DNA of 59,100 nucleotides, counting the filler. It is 4 parts of 4 records of this genome, joined end to end, with 100 filler letters (N's around TTAATTAATTAA, not from the genome) between each part and the next. Parts side by side here need not be neighbours in the genome. Positions count along the whole stretch, not along the records: positions 50,887 to 59,100 come from SRR20825006_697; 3 more parts are not named here. The stretch is one strand, 5' to 3'. Made by a program: the position numbers and the translations under genes. The notes under the pieces were generated by a model. That model saw only the letters and a program-made list of their open reading frames with translations, was not told where the DNA came from and did no database searches. Shown here one piece after another: positions 56,597 to 59,100 of this stretch. Position 1 is the stretch's first letter, and each line of letters begins with the position of its first letter.

Positions 56597-58969
56597 ATGC
56601 AAACGCACATTCCCGCAACCCTGTTGCGCCCCGGACCGCCCTCCGCCTCGCGCCCACGCCGCGCGGCGGCCTATGGGCTTCAATCCAACGAAGAGCGCGT
56701 GACCGTTCCCGGTTCTGGCGCGGTCATGGTCGAACTCGCCCAAGGCGATCAGATCACGATTGAGAATATCGAAGGTGGCCAGCGTTGCGAACTTCTGAGC
56801 GCGCATCCCAATGGGCGCTTGGATTGTGGCCTTTTGGGCGCAGCCGCAGACACGTCCGCCTCAGGCCTGCGCGCGATGCTGCTATCACCTCTGTCGGGCT
56901 TTGATCGGCTAAAAAGGGGTCTAATCCAGCGTAATATTGATCTGACGGGTGCAAGTGCCGTCGGTCTTTTTGGCGCTGAAAGCCCCGCGAAAGACAGTGC
57001 CACCTTTACGGCGCAGGGTTCAGGCTGGGCCATCATTGCCGCCCCCGGCGATGTGATGGATTTCGAAACGCAAGACACCACAACACCGCTACGTGTGACC
57101 CTAACCCGTGCCAAATCGCGCCAACCCGGTCAATTCGCCCTGCCCGATCCTTTGGCCGATCCCGTTCAAGACCTGCGGGTCAAATCCGCCACGGCTCAGG
57201 CCTATTTTGTACGCAAAGGCGAGTTCATCCAGATCCTTGATGTCGATGGTCGCCAATGTACTGATTTCCAATGTTTCGACGCGCGCAAAGCGGATCGTGG
57301 CGACTACCTTCCCCTTGATGTCACCACCACGCGCACCATCCTCAACCACGCCTACCCGATGCCCGGACTGCATGGAAAATATTTCGATCAGGACATGACA
57401 CCCCTCATCGAAGTGGTGCAGGACACCTGCGGTCGGCACGACGCTTTCGCCATGGCCTGTTCATCCAAATACTACGATGACATCGGCTATCCCGGTCACG
57501 CCAATTGTTCCGACAATTTCAATGGCGCACTTTCGGCCTATGACATTCCTGGCCGCAAGGGATGGATGGCGGCGAATTTTTTCTTCAACACCCATGTCGA
57601 TGAACATGGCGTTCTGTTGGCTGACGAACCGTGGTCGCGTCCGGGCGATTACGTGTTGTTGCGCGCGCTCACCGATCTGATCTGTGTGTCTTCCGCCTGC
57701 CCCGATGACACCTCCCCGGCCAATGGCTGGAATTTGACCGACATTCATGTGCGCACCTATGCCGCCCAGGAGCGGTTCAGCCGCTCCGTGGCTTGGCGCG
57801 CCACTCCAGACGAGGACCCTGTCATGACCCGTGAAAGCGCCTTTCATCATAACTTTGCCACGCTGACGAGTGATTTCGTCGAGTATCGTGGCTTTTGGCT
57901 GCCAAATTCGTTCCGTCAAACCGACACGATCGAGGGCTATTGGGCCTGCCGTGACGATGTTGTGGTCATGGACCTCTCTGCCCTGCGCAAATTTGAAGTC
58001 ACCGGCCCGGATGCCGAAGCACTGATGAACTGGGTTCTGACCCGCAACGTCGAAAAGCTCGGAGTCGGTCAGGTGGTCTATTCGGCCATGTGTTATGAGC
58101 ATGGTGGCATGATTGACGATGGCACGCTTTTCCGCCTTGGTCCGACGAATTTCCGTTGGATTGGTGGCTCGGACGAAGGTGGCGTTTGGATGCGGGAACA
58201 GGCCGAAAAGCTCGACCTAAATGTGATGATCCGCACCTCCACCGACCAGATGCACAACCTCGCTGTCCAAGGTCCAAAATCCCGCGATCTGATGAAAGAA
58301 ATCATCTGGACCGCCCCGCATCAAACGCCGATCTCCGATCTTGATTGGTTCCGCTTTACCGTGGGCCGGATTGGCAATCATGAGGGCGTGCCTGTCGTGG
58401 TGTCTCGGACGGGCTACACGGGTGAGCTGGGCTATGAAATCTTTTGCCACCCCAAAGACGGCGACGCGGTGTTCAAGGCCGTTTGGGAAGCAGGTCAGGC
58501 CTACGGGATACGTCCGATGGGACTTGCCGGGCTTGACCTTGTGCGGATTGAGGCGGGGCTTGTGTTTGCAGGCTACGATTTCTCCGATCAGACTGATCCG
58601 TTTGAAGCCGGGATTGGCTTTACCGTTCCGCTCAAATCAAAGACTGTGGATTTCGTTGGTCGAGACGCGCTTTTGCGGCGCAAAGAGCATCCCGCCCGCA
58701 AATTTGTCGGGCTTGAGATTGAGGGTCAAAACCACGTTGCCCATGGCGATTGCATCCGCATTGGGCGCGCACAAGTGGGAGAGGTCAGTTCCGCGATGCG
58801 ATCCCCACGCACCGGTCAAGTCATCGCCTTGGCACGGGTCGATGTTGCGCATTCTGAGCCGGGTACAGAGGTCGAAGTTGGCCAATTGGACGGTCATTTG
58901 AAACGCTACAGCGCCAAGGTCACGGCCTTCCCGCATTACGATCCTAAAAAGGAACGTCCGCGCAGTTAA
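56597..58969 (+). CDS. tdm: Trimethylamine N-oxide demethylase (DUF1989 domains + GcvT-like aminomethyltransferase)
   Basis: GRQCTDF, DTCGRHDAFAMAC, NCSDNF, VSSACPDD; GcvT part DLSALRKFEV.GPDA, SRTGYTGELGYE, RIEAG; AAGGA RBS before ATG 56597. Confidence 0.92.
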   Translation: MQTHIPATLLRPGPPSASRPRRAAAYGLQSNEERVTVPGSGAVMVELAQGDQITIENIEGGQRCELLSAHPNGRLDCGLLGAAADTSASGLRAMLLSPLSGFDRLKRGLIQRNIDLTGASAVGLFGAESPAKDSATFTAQGSGWAIIAAPGDVMDFETQDTTTPLRVTLTRAKSRQPGQFALPDPLADPVQDLRVKSATAQAYFVRKGEFIQILDVDGRQCTDFQCFDARKADRGDYLPLDVTTTRTILNHAYPMPGLHGKYFDQDMTPLIEVVQDTCGRHDAFAMACSSKYYDDIGYPGHANCSDNFNGALSAYDIPGRKGWMAANFFFNTHVDEHGVLLADEPWSRPGDYVLLRALTDLICVSSACPDDTSPANGWNLTDIHVRTYAAQERFSRSVAWRATPDEDPVMTRESAFHHNFATLTSDFVEYRGFWLPNSFRQTDTIEGYWACRDDVVVMDLSALRKFEVTGPDAEALMNWVLTRNVEKLGVGQVVYSAMCYEHGGMIDDGTLFRLGPTNFRWIGGSDEGGVWMREQAEKLDLNVMIRTSTDQMHNLAVQGPKSRDLMKEIIWTAPHQTPISDLDWFRFTVGRIGNHEGVPVVVSRTGYTGELGYEIFCHPKDGDAVFKAVWEAGQAYGIRPMGLAGLDLVRIEAGLVFAGYDFSDQTDPFEAGIGFTVPLKSKTVDFVGRDALLRRKEHPARKFVGLEIEGQNHVAHGDCIRIGRAQVGEVSSAMRSPRTGQVIALARVDVAHSEPGTEVEVGQLDGHLKRYSAKVTAFPHYDPKKERPRS

Positions 58970-58991
58970 TTTTGGTCAATCTAAAAGTAAT

Positions 58992-59016
58992 AAAGCCTCC
59001 CTTCGGGGAGGCTTTT
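58992..59016. terminator. Bidirectional terminator between tdm and tRNA-Thr
   Basis: AAAGCCTCCC-TTCG-GGGAGGCTTTT. Confidence 0.9.
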
Positions 59017-59050
59017 CTACATGGGAAATTCCCGGCAGCGAGTAGAAAAG

Positions 59051-59100
59051 TGGTGCCGCTGATAGGACTCGAACCTACGACCCCATCATTACGAATGACG
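59051..59100 (-). tRNA. tRNA-Thr(CGT), 3' part (5' end outside window)
   Basis: Minus strand CGTCA-TTCGTAA-TGATG anticodon arm, GTAGG-TTCGAGT-CCTAT T-arm, encoded CCA end. Confidence 0.93.

Overview
The window is not one locus. It is four unrelated contigs joined by identical 100-nt artificial spacers (N44-TTAATTAATTAA-N44) at 15154-15253, 36896-36995 and 50787-50886, so gene neighbourhoods cannot be read across the spacers. Contig 1 (1-15153, AT-rich, Flavobacteriaceae-like) holds the right end of a tyrosine-integrase element that appears to be inserted at a tRNA-Leu 3' end, then mreBCD-mrdA-rodA, purH, a GAF/fRMsr protein, a REP/MITE-like repeat, pirin and gldMN. Contig 2 (15254-36895, a second flavobacterium, Muricauda-like by inference) holds icmF, purU, a GH65 phosphorylase, pyrF, prfA, a Rieske-thioredoxin-apbE-DUF4266-DUF3570 operon, purM, divergent GSIII/GSII genes, a BlaI/M56 pair with three phased operators, small ORFs, apt and a partial tRNA. 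Contig 3 (36996-50786, Gammaproteobacteria, Methylophaga-like by inference) holds a hybrid kinase, yrbG-kdsD-kdsC-lptCAB with an unusual LptA-SH3b fusion, mlaA, a plcP-agt-like pair with Pho-box-like repeats, prlC, ybiI and REP elements. Contig 4 (50887-59100, Roseobacter-group-like) is a methylated-amine catabolic cluster (tmm, tdm, mgsABC) with an XRE-cupin regulator, a signal-peptide-less binding protein and shared TTTC-N7-GAAA boxes, ending at tRNA-Thr(CGT). The best candidates for undescribed biology are the LptA-SH3b fusion, the Rieske-extended ApbE/DUF3570 redox operon, the putative cytoplasmic amine sensor plus regulator, the membrane-anchored RteC-like gene of the element, and the BlaI/M56-plug system. 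All family calls come from motif recognition by eye; no database searches were run.
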